From Octopus sinensis (Eukaryota), in the NCBI RefSeq assembly GCF_006345805.1, contig NC_043005.1, forward strand, positions 72,478,001 through 72,542,000: a stretch of DNA of 64,000 bases, in the 5' to 3' direction. The position numbers and the translations under genes were made by a program. Positions 12,321 to 24,544 of this stretch are shown here, in pieces (position 1 is the stretch's first letter; each line of letters starts with the position of its first letter). The notes below the pieces were generated by a model. That model was not told the origin of the DNA, ran no database searches, and saw nothing but the letters and a program-made list of their open reading frames with translations.

Positions 12321-13073
12321 TAATTAGAGACAAAACCACTATTTTATATATATCGGTATATATGTATATATGTGAATGTGTGTGTGAATTGATAAAGTAG
12401 TGGTGACTACAGTTTCAAGATGAAGGGCAATCACCCAAAATATTAGTCTCCATTGTGAGCATCTTCGCATTGCATACTAACATTAAGTTCATTAATTTTG
12501 TATTTCCTAAGAAGATTTGATAATTTGCAGTGGAGCATTCATAGCAAAGCTTTAAATTCTCTACAGCCTGACATCTTAAACACTGCTCAAATTAGTGTAC
12601 AATCAATATCAAAGAAGATATCAATGAAAGAAGGGTATGTGCTTTTAGATTACCTCCAGGAGCAGCCAACTTTGACTGATTAAGTGATTTCTTATTCTCG
12701 TCTGTTTTATTAATAAAACAGAACTCTCAGTTTGTAAAAGTATTACAAGAGTGGCCAGAGGGTTCTATAGAAAATTGGTTCATTTCAAATTTTTTAATTC
12801 AGTTCATTGGTTTTGACTGCAAAATTTCAGTAAAATGCAATTTTCCTCTGTCTGTTAGAAACTTGGGCAATGTATATAGCAATGGAGAAGATAGAAGCCT
12901 AGCTGTGAATCTTTTGCTGATTGGGTAGGATATGCTGGAAAGTAAAGGTAACAAATGCTACAGTACTAGAAAAGTGGGAAGTCCAAAGATAACTATGGTC
13001 AAGAACCAAGTCCACAAGCTGTCATATTTTGGATATGCTTCAAGTCATTGCCCAAGGCAGTTCTGACAGGAAT

Positions 13074-13862
13074 TCATCATCATCATCATCGTTTAGCGTC
13101 CGCTTTCCATGCTAGCATGGGTTGGACGGTTCAACTGGAGTCTGGGAAGCCAGAAGGCTGCACCAGGCCCAGTTTGATCTGGCAATGTTTCTACGGCTGG
13201 ATGCCCTTCCTAATGCCAACCACTCCATGAGTGTAGTGGGTGCTTTTTACGTGCCACCGGCACAGGTGCCAGACGAGTCTGGCAAACGGCCACGAACAGA
13301 TGGTGCTTTTTACGTGCCACCGGCACGAGGCCAGTCGGGGCGGCGCTGGCAACGGCCACGTTCGGATGGTTCTCTTACGTGCCACCGGCACTGGTAACTC
13401 AGCTGCAATTTCCATTGATCGATTTCGATTCTGATTCTCACTTGCCTCAACAGGTCTTCACAAGTAGAGTTTTGTGTCCGAAGAAGGGAAGGTATGCATA
13501 AGTGGACTGGCTACATCCCATGTAGAAGGCCACGGGTTATGGCCTCAGTTGTCCTGCCGGGTCTTCTCACACACAGCATACTTCCAGAGGTCTCGGTCTC
13601 TTAGTCATTTCCTCAGTGAGACCTAAAGTTCAAAGGGCGTGCTTCACCACCTCGTCCCAGGTTTTCTTGGGTCTGCCTCTTCCACAGGTTCCCTCAACTG
13701 CTAGGGTGTGGCACTTTTTCACACAACTATCTTCATCCATTCTCACCACATGTCCATACCAGCGCAAACGTCTCTCTTGCACACCACATCTGATGCTTCT
13801 TAGGTCCAGCTTTTCTCTCAAGGTACTTACACTCTGTCGAGTATGAATACTGACATTACACT
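13074..13862 (-). mobile_element. 5'-truncated RTE-clade LINE: ORF C-terminus plus 3' UTR (= family B)
   Basis: CNVSIHTRQSVSTLREKLDLRSIRCGVQERRLRWYGHVVRMDEDSCVKKC...GRGRPKKTW...DRDLWKYAV, the classic RTE RLRWYGHV.RM and RGRP...W motifs; premature TGA and frameshift; (ATG)n tail. Confidence 0.93.
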
Positions 13863-14107
13863 TTACAATTGTGGAGAGGAAAATACCAAGAGCTTGTCAA
13901 CGATAATTGTGAACTGGCAATATCAAAAGTGGACTAGAAACAAGAGCCTAGTTACTTGTACACATGCAGTACAACACAGGGGAAACTGTAGAGTCTTTGA
14001 CAATCCAACCCCTTAACAAAGGAAGAGCTTCTAGCTACTGGTTAATGATGGCTGTAATTATATTTATTATTATTATTATTTATTATTATTATTATTATTA
14101 TTACTAT

Positions 14108-14305
14108 TAAGGTGGTGAACTGGCAGAATTCTTAGCACACTGGGCGAAATACTTAGTGGTATTTCGCCTGTTACTATGTTCTGAGTTCAAATTCTGCAGA
14201 GGTCGACTTTGCCTTTCATCCTTTCGGAGTTTATAAATAAAGTACCAGCTGAGTACTGGGGGTTGATGTAATCGACTATCCCCCTCTCTTTGTGCCTATA
14301 ATAGA
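14108..14305 (+). mobile_element. SINE family A copy
   Basis: ggtggtgaactggcagaatt...gagttcaaattc...gtcgactttgcctttcatcctttcgg. Confidence 0.85.
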
Positions 14306-14330
14306 AAGAATTATTATTATTATCATTATT

Positions 14331-14388
<58 letters not shown>

Positions 14389-14422
14389 TATTATTATTAT
14401 CATTATTATTATTATTATTATT

Positions 14423-14625
14423 AAGGTGTGAGCTGGCAGAATCATTAACACGCTGGATGAAATGCATAGTGGTACTTCACCCATCGGTACCCTCTGAGTT
14501 CAAATTCTGCTGAGATCAACTCTGCCTTTTATCTATTTGTGGTCAATGAAATAAGTACCAGTTGTGTGCTGGAGTCGATGTAACAAACTCACCCCTCCCC
14601 CAAACTTGCTTGCATTGTGCCAAAA
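14423..14625 (+). mobile_element. SINE family A copy following (TTA)n
   Basis: aaggtgtgagctggcagaatcattaacacgc...gagttcaaattc. Confidence 0.85.
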
Positions 14626-14739
14626 TTGTGGTGGTGGTGGTGGTGGTAGCAGTGGTGGTAGCAATGTTGCTGCTGCCATTTGTTTGTTTGTTGAGCGAAG
14701 CGGTCTTCATCCCAGTCCTCGCATGATTGTGCCTCAGGA

Positions 14740-15066
14740 GAAGTCCGAAACGTGGTCCTTTGCTATTCATAAGACCCGCAGAAGAGAAAGCAGGTCAACC
14801 CTCGGCACCGAGAGCATCGACGGATGGATGAATGCGCATCCAGGTTCAGCGGTTGTGTAGGAAGTCGGGGACAAGAAACAGGAAGAAAGAGTGAGAGAAA
14901 GTTGCAGCGAAAGAGTACAACAGGGGTCGCCACCACCCCCTGCTAGAGCCTCGTGCAGCTTTAGGTGTTTTCGCTCAATAAACACACACAACGCCCGGTC
15001 TGGGAATCGAAACCGCGATCCTCCGACCGCGAGTCTGCTGCCCTAACCACTGGGCCATTGCGCCTC
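14740..15066 (-). mobile_element. Young, CpG-rich SINE family C copy with tRNA-derived head
   Basis: Minus strand gaggcgcaatggcccagtggttaggg (A box)...ggtttcgattccc (B box); CpGs largely intact. Confidence 0.88.
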
Positions 15067-15660
15067 CTGCTGCTGCTGCTGTATTGCATTAATGCTGCTG
15101 CTGTTTACCAATTTAAGAGTGATTTCAGTGCATTGTACAAGAATACATTTCAGAAAATGATATTTAAAGTAAATGAAAGAGAATGTTACTTTCTTTTTGG
15201 AATACAGGATGTTTAGGTATTTTCATAGCTAGTGGCAATGCATTAAAATATTATTTAATTTTAGATACATGTCTTCAATTTAGCACCAAAATTATGTTAT
15301 TATAATTGATTTTGAAGACAAACAAATATGCTTCCGAGATCTTATTGACTTTGTGAGCTAATATTTCTTGGCAGTAGTCTCGCAAAGAACAAAAAGATAT
15401 AATTTTATTTTGAAGAGGGTTCTTCCCAATTTTTTAAGTTACAGACATGAGAGTCTTTTAATATTAGCTTATAGTCTTTGATTCAGTTATTATACTGTAT
15501 ACACAAACAGAGCAGCTTCAGAAATTAGAATATAAAAAAAGTAGCAATGCGTTACAGCCTTATGAGAAAAACCATGAATATTGCATGTTCTTATTCACTT
15601 GCTGAAATGAGTGTACATGTACCTGTATAAAGAATCAATATTTTGGTAAATACAGCCAGG

Positions 15661-15870
15661 GGTCTCTTAGCTTAATGGTAGAGAGTGCTAAGCCAGAACT
15701 TGAGAGGTACAGGGTTCAATTCACTGTAGAGGTTGCTGGGTGGTTTCGTTATTTTTTCTCTTTACCTGCATGAGTTGTACAGTATTGCTGTCTGGGAGTT
15801 GTCTTATGGTAGGGGAATAGTATTTAACTGCTATTTCTAAATTTCGGTATGTGGTGAAGCAAATTTTGCT
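15661..15870 (+). mobile_element. tRNA-like head (A and B boxes) joined to a SINE-like body
   Basis: TAGCTTAATGGTAGAG and GGGTTCAATTC; imperfect acceptor and anticodon stems; downstream ctgctatttcta motif shared with other repeats. Confidence 0.5.
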
Positions 15871-16034
15871 GAACCCTAATTATAATTATACATATAATTA
15901 TAGAATTTTTGTATAAGGTTACAGATAATGGTTATTTTAACATAGTGAACTACTTGGTAAAATTATTAATTATTAATTGATTAAATTCATTTTAACCTTT
16001 ATCATATATATGTATATATATATATATATATATA

Positions 16035-16168
16035 TCATCATCATCTTCATTTAATGTCCACTTTCCATGCTAGCATGGGTTGGACGATTTGACTGAGGTC
16101 TAGCGAACCAGTCTGGTCCAACCCACACTAGCATGGAAAGCAGATGTTAAATGAAGATGATGATGATA
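16035..16168. mobile_element. Two short head-to-head family B tails
   Basis: catcatc...ccatgctagcatgggttggacg followed by gtccaaccca...tagcatggaaagc...gatgatgatg in the opposite orientation. Confidence 0.7.
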
Positions 16169-16370
16169 TATATATATATACACACACACACAATTATAAG
16201 AAAATTAAGAAAATGGAGCTATAGCATTAATATAATTTATTATCTGCAAAAATCCAACATATTTACAAATATTACTATTCACAAAAATACTAGGTAATGA
16301 AGCAGTAATTCATTGGATATTACTATCCCTTAATGAGGCTATTTTAACCTCTGATTGAATTGTATATATA

Positions 16371-17259
16371 TGACCAGAGACCGAGACCTATGGAAGTATG
16401 CTGTGCGTCAGAAGACCCGGCAAGACCAGTGAGAACAATCAAAATCAAATCATATATCAGAAAGCAGGGGTTAAGTGACCCATCTGTTCGTGTCCACTGT
16501 CAGCCTCGTCTGGCACCCGTGTCGGTGATACGTAAAAGCACCATTCGCTCGTGGCCATTTGCCAGCTCTGTCTGGCCCTCGTGTCAGTGGCACGTAAAAG
16601 CACCATCCGTTCGTGTTCGTTGCCAGCCTCGCCTGGCCCCGTGCCGGTGACACGTAAAAGCACCGTCCATTCGTGGCCGTTTGCCAGCTCCGTCTGGCCC
16701 CGTGTCGGTGGCACATAAAAGCACCGTCCGTTCGTGTCCGTTGCCAGCCTCGGCTGGCCCCCGTGCCGGTGACACGTAAAAGCACCATCCGTTCGTGGCC
16801 GTTTGCCAGCTCTGTCTGGCCCCGTGTCAGTGGCACGTAAAAGCACCATCCGTTCGTGTTCGTTGCCAGCCTCGGCTGGCCCCCGTGCAGGTGACACGTA
16901 AAAGCACCGTCCGTTCGTGGCCGTTTGCCAGCTCTGTCTGGCCCCGTGTCGGTGGCACGTAAAAGCACCATCCGTTCGTGTCCGTTGCCAGCATTGCCTG
17001 GCCCCGTGCCGGTGACATGTAAAAACACCATCCGTTCGTGGCCGTTCGCCAGCTCTGTCTGGCACCTGTGCAGGTGGCACGTAAAAAACATCCACTACAC
17101 TCGCGGAGTGGTTGGTGTTAGGAAGGGCATCCAGCCGTAGAAACACTGCCAAATCTGACTGGGCCTGATGAAGCCTTCCGGCTTGACAGATCCCAGTTAA
17201 ACCGTCCAACCCATGCTAGCATGGAAAGCGGACGCTAAATGATGATGATGATGATGATG
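16371..17259 (+). mobile_element. RTE LINE 3' end (last codons TRDRDLWKYAVRQKTRQDQ*) with expanded 3' UTR minisatellite
   Basis: Start matches the reverse complement of 13547-13610; ends in (ATG)n. Confidence 0.9.
16490..17090. repeat. ~61-bp minisatellite, 10 copies, alternating A/B variants (122-bp higher-order unit)
   Basis: (c/t)(g/a)taaaa core at 16531, 16593, 16653, 16714, 16775, 16836, 16897, 16958, 17018 and 17080. Confidence 0.95.
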
Positions 17260-17269
17260 TGTGTGTGTA

Positions 17270-17530
17270 GTTCTATATTTAAGAGATGAGGAATTATGTA
17301 CATTATTTACATTTCATTACATTTGAAGGATATTTATCCTCATCTTGAGAAGATCCATTACAACCTTTGGATGGAGACATATAGACAAACTCAATTAAAA
17401 ACTAGCTCGTCTTTCAAACCATCTAGCTTTCCTGTGTAGATGTAGAGTCTCAAAGCTTATACCACCTGGCTTGAATATAATGACACCAGTGGATTCATAT
17501 AAAGCTAGAAGAGTAGCGGAAAGGGCAGGG
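17270..17530 (+). mobile_element. Penelope-like element 5' fragment (ORF N-terminus)
   Basis: [43 protein letters not shown] resembles the PLE N-terminal KLA...NHL.FL.RC....LIP.GL motif. Confidence 0.6.
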
Positions 17531-18445
17531 CATATATATATATATGCATGTATACATTTATACATACATTTATACATATATATATGTGCATATATTTATA
17601 TATATCATCATCATCATATATATGCAGGTATACATACATTCACATGTGTGTATGTATGTATGTGTGAATATATATATATATATATATATGCACAGCACAT
17701 ACATCCTTTTAGATACTTACATAGTTATATAGACATAAATACTTACCTATATACAAATGCATACATATATATATATACTTACATATATACAAATACATAC
17801 ATATATACATACACATACACACACACATATGCACACAAACACAGGTAGTGTGTCGTCAATTGGATTAATACTAATATGTTACTCTAATATCTATTTTGGT
17901 GATCCGGAATGGCTGGAAAGCAAAGTCAGTCCCAACAGTATTCGAACTAAGAAGTTAGAAGAATGAAAATTAACACCGAAAGACATTTTGTCTAGCACTG
18001 ATCTCTTTCAACCATTCCATTGTCTTTGATATTAACACAAAACTAATCATATTTAAATTAATTCATTATTGAGCTACTTTTGTCAAAAAACATGTAAACA
18101 TGGCTATTGAAGAGATTGCAACACAATAGAGACCGAAGTGCCCCCCGCTCCATCCTAACCTCTAAATAAATACTAGAAGACTTATTTTATCTATTGTTTG
18201 AATATGTATATTAGTGTGTGTGTGTGTGTGTATATATTTATACACACACACACTCACACATGTGTGTATATTTAAATAAACTCATATATGCATATATATG
18301 TATATATATACATTTATGCATATATGTATATTCATGTGTATGTTATATATATCTTTCCTTCCCTGAGCATCTGCTAATGCTTTACATGTACCACATCCTT
18401 GCATTGTTGTTTTTTATGTTTGTTGTTGTTCTTTTTGGGGAATTA

Positions 18446-18477
<32 letters not shown>

Positions 18478-18529
18478 ATTTATATGTATATATGCATCTA
18501 TATACTTATTTGTATACATATGTATGTAT

Positions 18530-18578
<49 letters not shown>

Positions 18579-18617
18579 TATGTATATGTATATATTCATG
18601 TATATGCGTACATACAT

Positions 18618-18664
<47 letters not shown>

Positions 18665-19339
18665 TATATAGATAGGTAGATAGGTAGGTAGGTAGGATGT
18701 TAGGTAGATAGATAGATAGATATGCATAGTATGTATTGTCTCTAATATAATACCAACATTTACATTCGGTGTATCGAAATATTTTAAATTATTCTTCATC
18801 CAGGTTAGCTTTCGGCTGAACTTGAATATTTTTATTTTATTACAATTTTAGAGTTTCAAATTCACTTATCTGATTGTGAACTGAAAATATAACGCATATG
18901 CAATGAAATCAATAAGCATTAACTAATCAATACTTAGCAACTAGTGCATAATAACATTAAATAAATATTTAAAATGAATAAATGAGTTAGTGAATTAATG
19001 TCTTAAAACGTGTCTACGCAGTACGAAAGATGTTTTTTTGGTTTTGGCTTTTGATATTTGCTTTTCTTGTATTGGTGTATCAAAATCATATTTGTGTATT
19101 ACTTACATTTCATCTGAATAAAAATTTCTCTGTCTTCACGTATATAAATTTCTCTGAACAGAATATTATAATATTATTCAAAACTATTAAATATTAAACT
19201 ATTAATATCATAAATGCATAAAGAAGTGAACTTTTACAGCCAAGAACACAATGCTATGAAGATTTATTTGAAAAATATATATATTTGTGTGTGATTATGA
19301 GTGCATGATGTAATCACTGGTATATATATATATATATAT

Positions 19340-19373
<34 letters not shown>

Positions 19374-19589
19374 CAATACATAGTATGCATATATATACAC
19401 ACACATATATACATATATGTACATAGAGAGAGAGAGGGAGAGAGTTGCTGTTGTGCTTATTTGCATATAAATAGCTGTATGTATAAAGTACGTGTGCATG
19501 TATATATATTTTCACATGCAAATAGGCATACACATATATCTATGCACACACATGCACATATATATGCATATATATATTCATCTGTGGAA

Positions 19590-19760
19590 GTACATGGCTC
19601 AGTGGTTAGGGTGTTGCATTCATGAGGGTGAGATTGTGGTTTTGATTCCTAGACCAGGTGATGCATTGAGTTCTTCAGCAAAACATTTTTACTCCACATT
19701 ACTCCAATCCAAAAATGACTAAATCCTGCAATGGACTTGACCCTTTGATCCTTTTGATTA
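19590..19760 (+). mobile_element. Diverged family C-like SINE head
   Basis: atggctcagtggttagggtg...gtttgattcctagaccagg. Confidence 0.6.
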
Positions 19761-19766
19761 AAGTAT

Positions 19767-20108
19767 ACTCTTTTACTTGTTTCAGTCTGGAGCACCGCCT
19801 TTAGTCGAGCAAATCTCTGTAAGCCTAGTGCTTATTCTATCAGTCACTTTTGCGAAACCGCTAAGTTACAGGGACCTAAACACACCAGCATCACTGGTCA
19901 AGTGATGTTGCGGGGACAAACACAGACGCACACATATATACGTATATACGATGAGCTTCCTTCAGTTTCCATATACCAAATCCACTCACAAGGCTTTGGT
20001 TGGCCCAAGGCTATAGTAGAAGATACTTAACCCAAGGTGCCACACAGTGGGACTGATCCCAGAACCATGTGGTTGGTAAGCAAGCTACTTACCACACAGC
20101 CACTCCAG
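19767..20108 (-). mobile_element. SINE family E copy
   Basis: actcttttacttgtttcagt...ggagcaccgcc...aagcctagt...cacacagccactcc. Confidence 0.88.
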
Positions 20109-20124
20109 CACCTATATATATATA

Positions 20125-20540
20125 TATGCACAGGCATGGATGCATGGTAAGAAGTTCACTTCCTAATCACATGGTTTTGGGTTCTGTCCTACAGCATAGT
20201 ACCTTGGGCAAAAGTCTTCTAGATTCCCAGGCTGACCAAAGCCTTGATAGTGGAATCGGTGGACAGAAACTGAAAGAAGCCCATTATGAATGTGTATATA
20301 TATACATATACATGTGTGTGTGCCTGTCTGTGTCAGTCCTACCCCAACACCACTTTACAACCATTGTTGGTGTGTTTATGTACCCATAACTTAGTAGTTT
20401 GGCAAAAGAGACCAAATATTATAATTAAGAGGCTTTAAAAGAAAAAAATTAAGTACTGGGGTCAATTCATTTGACTAAATATTCTTCAAGGCAGTGCCCC
20501 AGCATGGCCACAGTCTAATGACAGAAACAAGTAAAAGATA
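20125..20540 (+). mobile_element. SINE family E copy, head-to-head with 19767-20108
   Basis: ggtaagaagttcacttcc...gaaactgaaagaagccc...cagcatggccacagtctaatgacagaaacaagtaaaaga. Confidence 0.85.
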
Positions 20541-20624
20541 CAATATATATTTAATCGAATATGCAACCTCCACCTGTACAATCTTGGCAAGTTTTCTATA
20601 TCACTCATCACATATACATACAAT

Positions 20625-20655
<31 letters not shown>

Positions 20656-21112
20656 TTACATCTTTACCCTCTCAGACACCTCAACAAGTCTAATGAGTCT
20701 AGAAGCAGTTTTGCTGTTTCGTAGATGAAACACCTTGCAAGTTGAAAGTTAACTTTGAAGTATAAAATAACATACTCTACCTTGAAAGACATTAAGCTAT
20801 TTTTTCACTTTTCATTTTTTGATTTGCAGACATCTCAGCTCTATCGCTAAAGATACCTGTAAAACACAGACATAACATACACACACACACACATACCCTC
20901 TCATATGTATTATACACTCAAAAAGCATACACATCATGCAGCTTTAAAATTATATTTCACACTGCATAGTTACAATATAAAATTCATATTGTTTTGTTTA
21001 CTAAGTTTAATTAAAAACTTCATTTCCCCTTAAGGTATTATTTCCATTTCTCCATGTTTAGCTATTGCTTTTTATGTATGAGCAATAAAATATAAATACA
21101 CCCATACATTCA

Positions 21113-21149
<37 letters not shown>

Positions 21150-21269
21150 GCATGTATGTATGTATATTTGTATATATCTATATATGTATACATATGTATA
21201 TATGAGTTTACATATATGTATGATTATGTATACCTATATAAAAATATATATATACATACACATATACAC

Positions 21270-21301
<32 letters not shown>

Positions 21302-21861
21302 GTGTATATATATATATACACACACACACATCCAGAGAAATACCTTAATATTTGATAATGAAATGAAATGTTTTAAAAACATTTTGTAGTTTGTCACTGT
21401 TTTGAAGATTCCATATTTATTTGACTTTATTTCCATTCTTTATTTGTTTAATTTGATGTCACAGTCGGTGTATAATAGTTTCGTTGTATTGTTTGGTTAC
21501 ATGTATCTCATGAGGAAATCATGAATTCATTGCATTTTTGTTAATGAGAGCTACAAGGCTGGATTTTGTGAGTAGGCACATGAGAAATACTGCCAGAAGC
21601 CTTTTTGAAAAAGTAAAGAATATTTATTTTTGTTTCTCTTGCTAAGAAATACACCCTTCACCAATATACAACAGCAAATGATATAACTACATCCAACGTG
21701 TGTGTAGCGATGGTTCATGGTCTAGAGATTAAGGGTATAGGCCTCACTATTCAACTACATACAGGCTTGGCCGAAAGTCACCCGACAGCAAATCAAAATA
21801 GTTTTTGTTATTCTGTATTGACTCAAATGGAAAAAATATGTCACTCAAGAAGGACTTCAGT

Positions 21862-22258
21862 TTACTCTTTTACTTGTTTCAGTCATTTGACTGTGGCCAT
21901 GCTGGAGCACCACCTATAGTCAAGCAAATCAACCCCAGGACTTATTCTTTGTAAGCCTAGTACTTATTCTATCAGTCACTTTTGCTGAACTGCTAACTTA
22001 TGGGGTGTAAACACACCACCATCGGTTGTCAAGTGATGTTGGGGAGACAAACACAGACACATAAACATATACACACACATATATATATACTTATATATAA
22101 GACAGACTTCTTTCAGTTTCTGTCTACCAAATCCACTCACAAGGCTTTGGTCGACCCAAGGCTATAGTATAAGACTCTTGCCCAAGATGCCATGTAGTGA
22201 GACTGAACCCAGAACCATGTGGTTGGTAAGTAAGCTACTTATCCCACAGCCACTCCTG
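21862..22258 (-). mobile_element. Full-length SINE family E copy
   Basis: Both ends present; central (CA)/(TA) tract. Confidence 0.9.
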
Positions 22259-23208
22259 TGCAATTTTCATGGTCTTTCATATTTAGATGCTTTTATTAAA
22301 TTCATTCAGTTGTAAAACATAAATAAATCTTGGAATTAAATGGTTTTGATTTACTGTCATGTGACTTTTGACCAAACCTGTATATCCCTAAGACAATTAG
22401 CTAAAGCACTTTCATGTTACATCTATGGTTACTTATATGTATGTATTTGTGTATGTATGTATGTATGAGCAGCTCCATTTGGAGAGGGCACTGCTCACCT
22501 GGAGACCAGGGAGGTTCTAGAAAAGGTGAACCAAAAATTGCCTGTCTTTCCATATCTGGTCAGTTTAGCGCGACTGATGGATGTCCACCCTGCGCTCGAG
22601 AAACAAAGAGTCTTTTATCTATAAAATCTGGACGGAACTTAAACATTTCATGTTGGATGGCCAAGTTGAATATTCTAATTTATTTCAGTCTGTTGTGAAA
22701 ACCACTTCAAGACCATAGTTTTCATAAAGTACAATTCCCTTGTGTTTCAACTAATTTCAAAAAATAATCAAAGATTTGTAGAGGTATTTACTATGATAAA
22801 TTTTCAGCATTAATTTGGTGATTGGAATATAGGGTTAATAAGGAGTTCTTATGTAGAATTATAATGGAAGGTTTTCATATAAATCTGAATACTTTGGAAT
22901 TAGAGGTTTTAAATCAAACACCAAAACTGTCTCCTGGGTGTAGGTCTCAAAAGGACTAAAGGTCTTTTGTTTTATTCAGCTTATCAAAATAAGAATATAT
23001 TTTGATAATATATGTATATATAATAGGAGATTCTCATTACACAGTTTGAATGTTGCATCTAAATGAGATCTTAAAAATAGAAATGGAAACAATCAGTGAT
23101 GATTGCCAAAACTGGAAAAGTCTGAACCCTGGTTCTATATTTTTTACTGGCTCCAGTCACTAGACTGTATCCATACTGGAGTGCTACTGTCAAGGTTTAC
23201 ATTGATTA

Positions 23209-23732
23209 CTGTAAATCCTCGAGTATAGTCCGCCCTTGAGTATAATACGCAGGGGATTTACAGGGAGCTGTACCTCTGAAAAACATAAACCTTGTATATA
23301 ATACACACACCCTTTTCTAACTTGAGTCGTGTATAATTAAGCCAGCAGCACCTAGTTGAACAAACACCTCCGCGCATGTGTAATACAATAATGGTGATGT
23401 TCTTAACTGTTATATGGGAATGTAAATATGTTTGCAAATTGTTTTTGCTACATGTTATTCTGTGTTCTGAATACTTTTATTTTAAGAAATGTTGCTTTAC
23501 TGCAAGTTATGGATGATTCTTTTATGGCTTCATTGCTTTCAGGCTTAGCTTATGGTATTTTCGTGCCCTACATCATAAAATGTGTCTGAATAAACATTGC
23601 TGGACAGCAAATAGAAACTCGGACATTGCTTAGAAAATATTTTTCATTTTTAACCTTGTATATAGTACGCACTAGGGATTTTGACCTTTAAATTTTGGGG
23701 AAAAAATGCGGATTATACTTGAGGATTTACGG
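23209..23732. mobile_element. pogo/Tigger-type MITE (non-autonomous)
   Basis: 25-bp TIRs CTGTAAATCCTCGAGTATAGTCCGC / GCGGATTATACTTGAGGATTTACGG (22/25), TA duplicated at 23207-08 and 23733-34, subterminal repeats aaccttgtatata. Confidence 0.9.
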
Positions 23733-24507
23733 TATATTTGCCCTTGCAACCTAAAAGGATCCAACATATAAAAAAACAGTAGTTCCTGTTATCTGCATTA
23801 CAAACATAAACAAAGATGTGAACAGATGCTCACACATGTACACACATACATGCTCACACACACACATATGCACACACACAGATAGGTATAGCTGTGTGCT
23901 AAAGAAGTCCAATTACCAACCACATTGTTTTTGGTTCAGATAGTCTATGTGGTATCTTGGGCAAATGTCTTCTGTTATATTCTCAGGTTTACGAACATCT
24001 TTGAGTCGAATTGGTTTGAAAGAAACTAAGCAGAACTTCATAATTTTGTGTATTTGTTCATGTATATGTGTGCATTTGTGTGCATGTGTGCATGTGTGCA
24101 TGCTTGGCTGTCTCTGTTTCTATGATAACACCATTTGAAAAATTAGTCTTGGCTTATATCGTCTAACTTAGCAGTACAGTTAATAGAAATTGATAAGTAC
24201 CAAACTTTAGAATAAGTATTACTGAATGTAATCATTGTAATAATCCACGGCTTAAATATTGATTTAACAATAGTTTTCCTATCAGTAGCCTTCAAGGTTT
24301 TAACCTATTAATAACAATGCCATCTAGTATATATATGTGTGTATATATATGTTAGTAAACATACACACATACATATGGTCACCTGGCACCTCTAGCCTCA
24401 TGGCAACAGGCCACACATGCGTATATATTTAAATATAAATGCATATATATACATATATATGTATATATATGTATATGTATATATATATGTATATATATAT
24501 GTATATA

Positions 24508-24544
<37 letters not shown>

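Noticed and set aside
12498-12683. Non-repetitive 61-aa ORF
   Set aside because: TTG start, no recognisable domain and no convincing acceptor
14985-15066. Possible tRNA gene
   Set aside because: The tRNA-like head continues into a multi-copy SINE core with no complete acceptor stem or terminator
16490-17090. CRISPR-like regular array
   Set aside because: Units are contiguous with no unique spacers, there are no cas genes, and the context is a eukaryotic TE
16457-17209. Longest ORF (250 aa, minus) and overlapping ORFs
   Set aside because: They lie antisense in an RTE 3' UTR; the 61-bp unit cycles through frames, producing stop-poor repeats without coding signal
20780-20856. Minus-strand exon-like segment (ttttacag|...AAG|gtagag)
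   Set aside because: All three frames contain stops; no supporting neighbours
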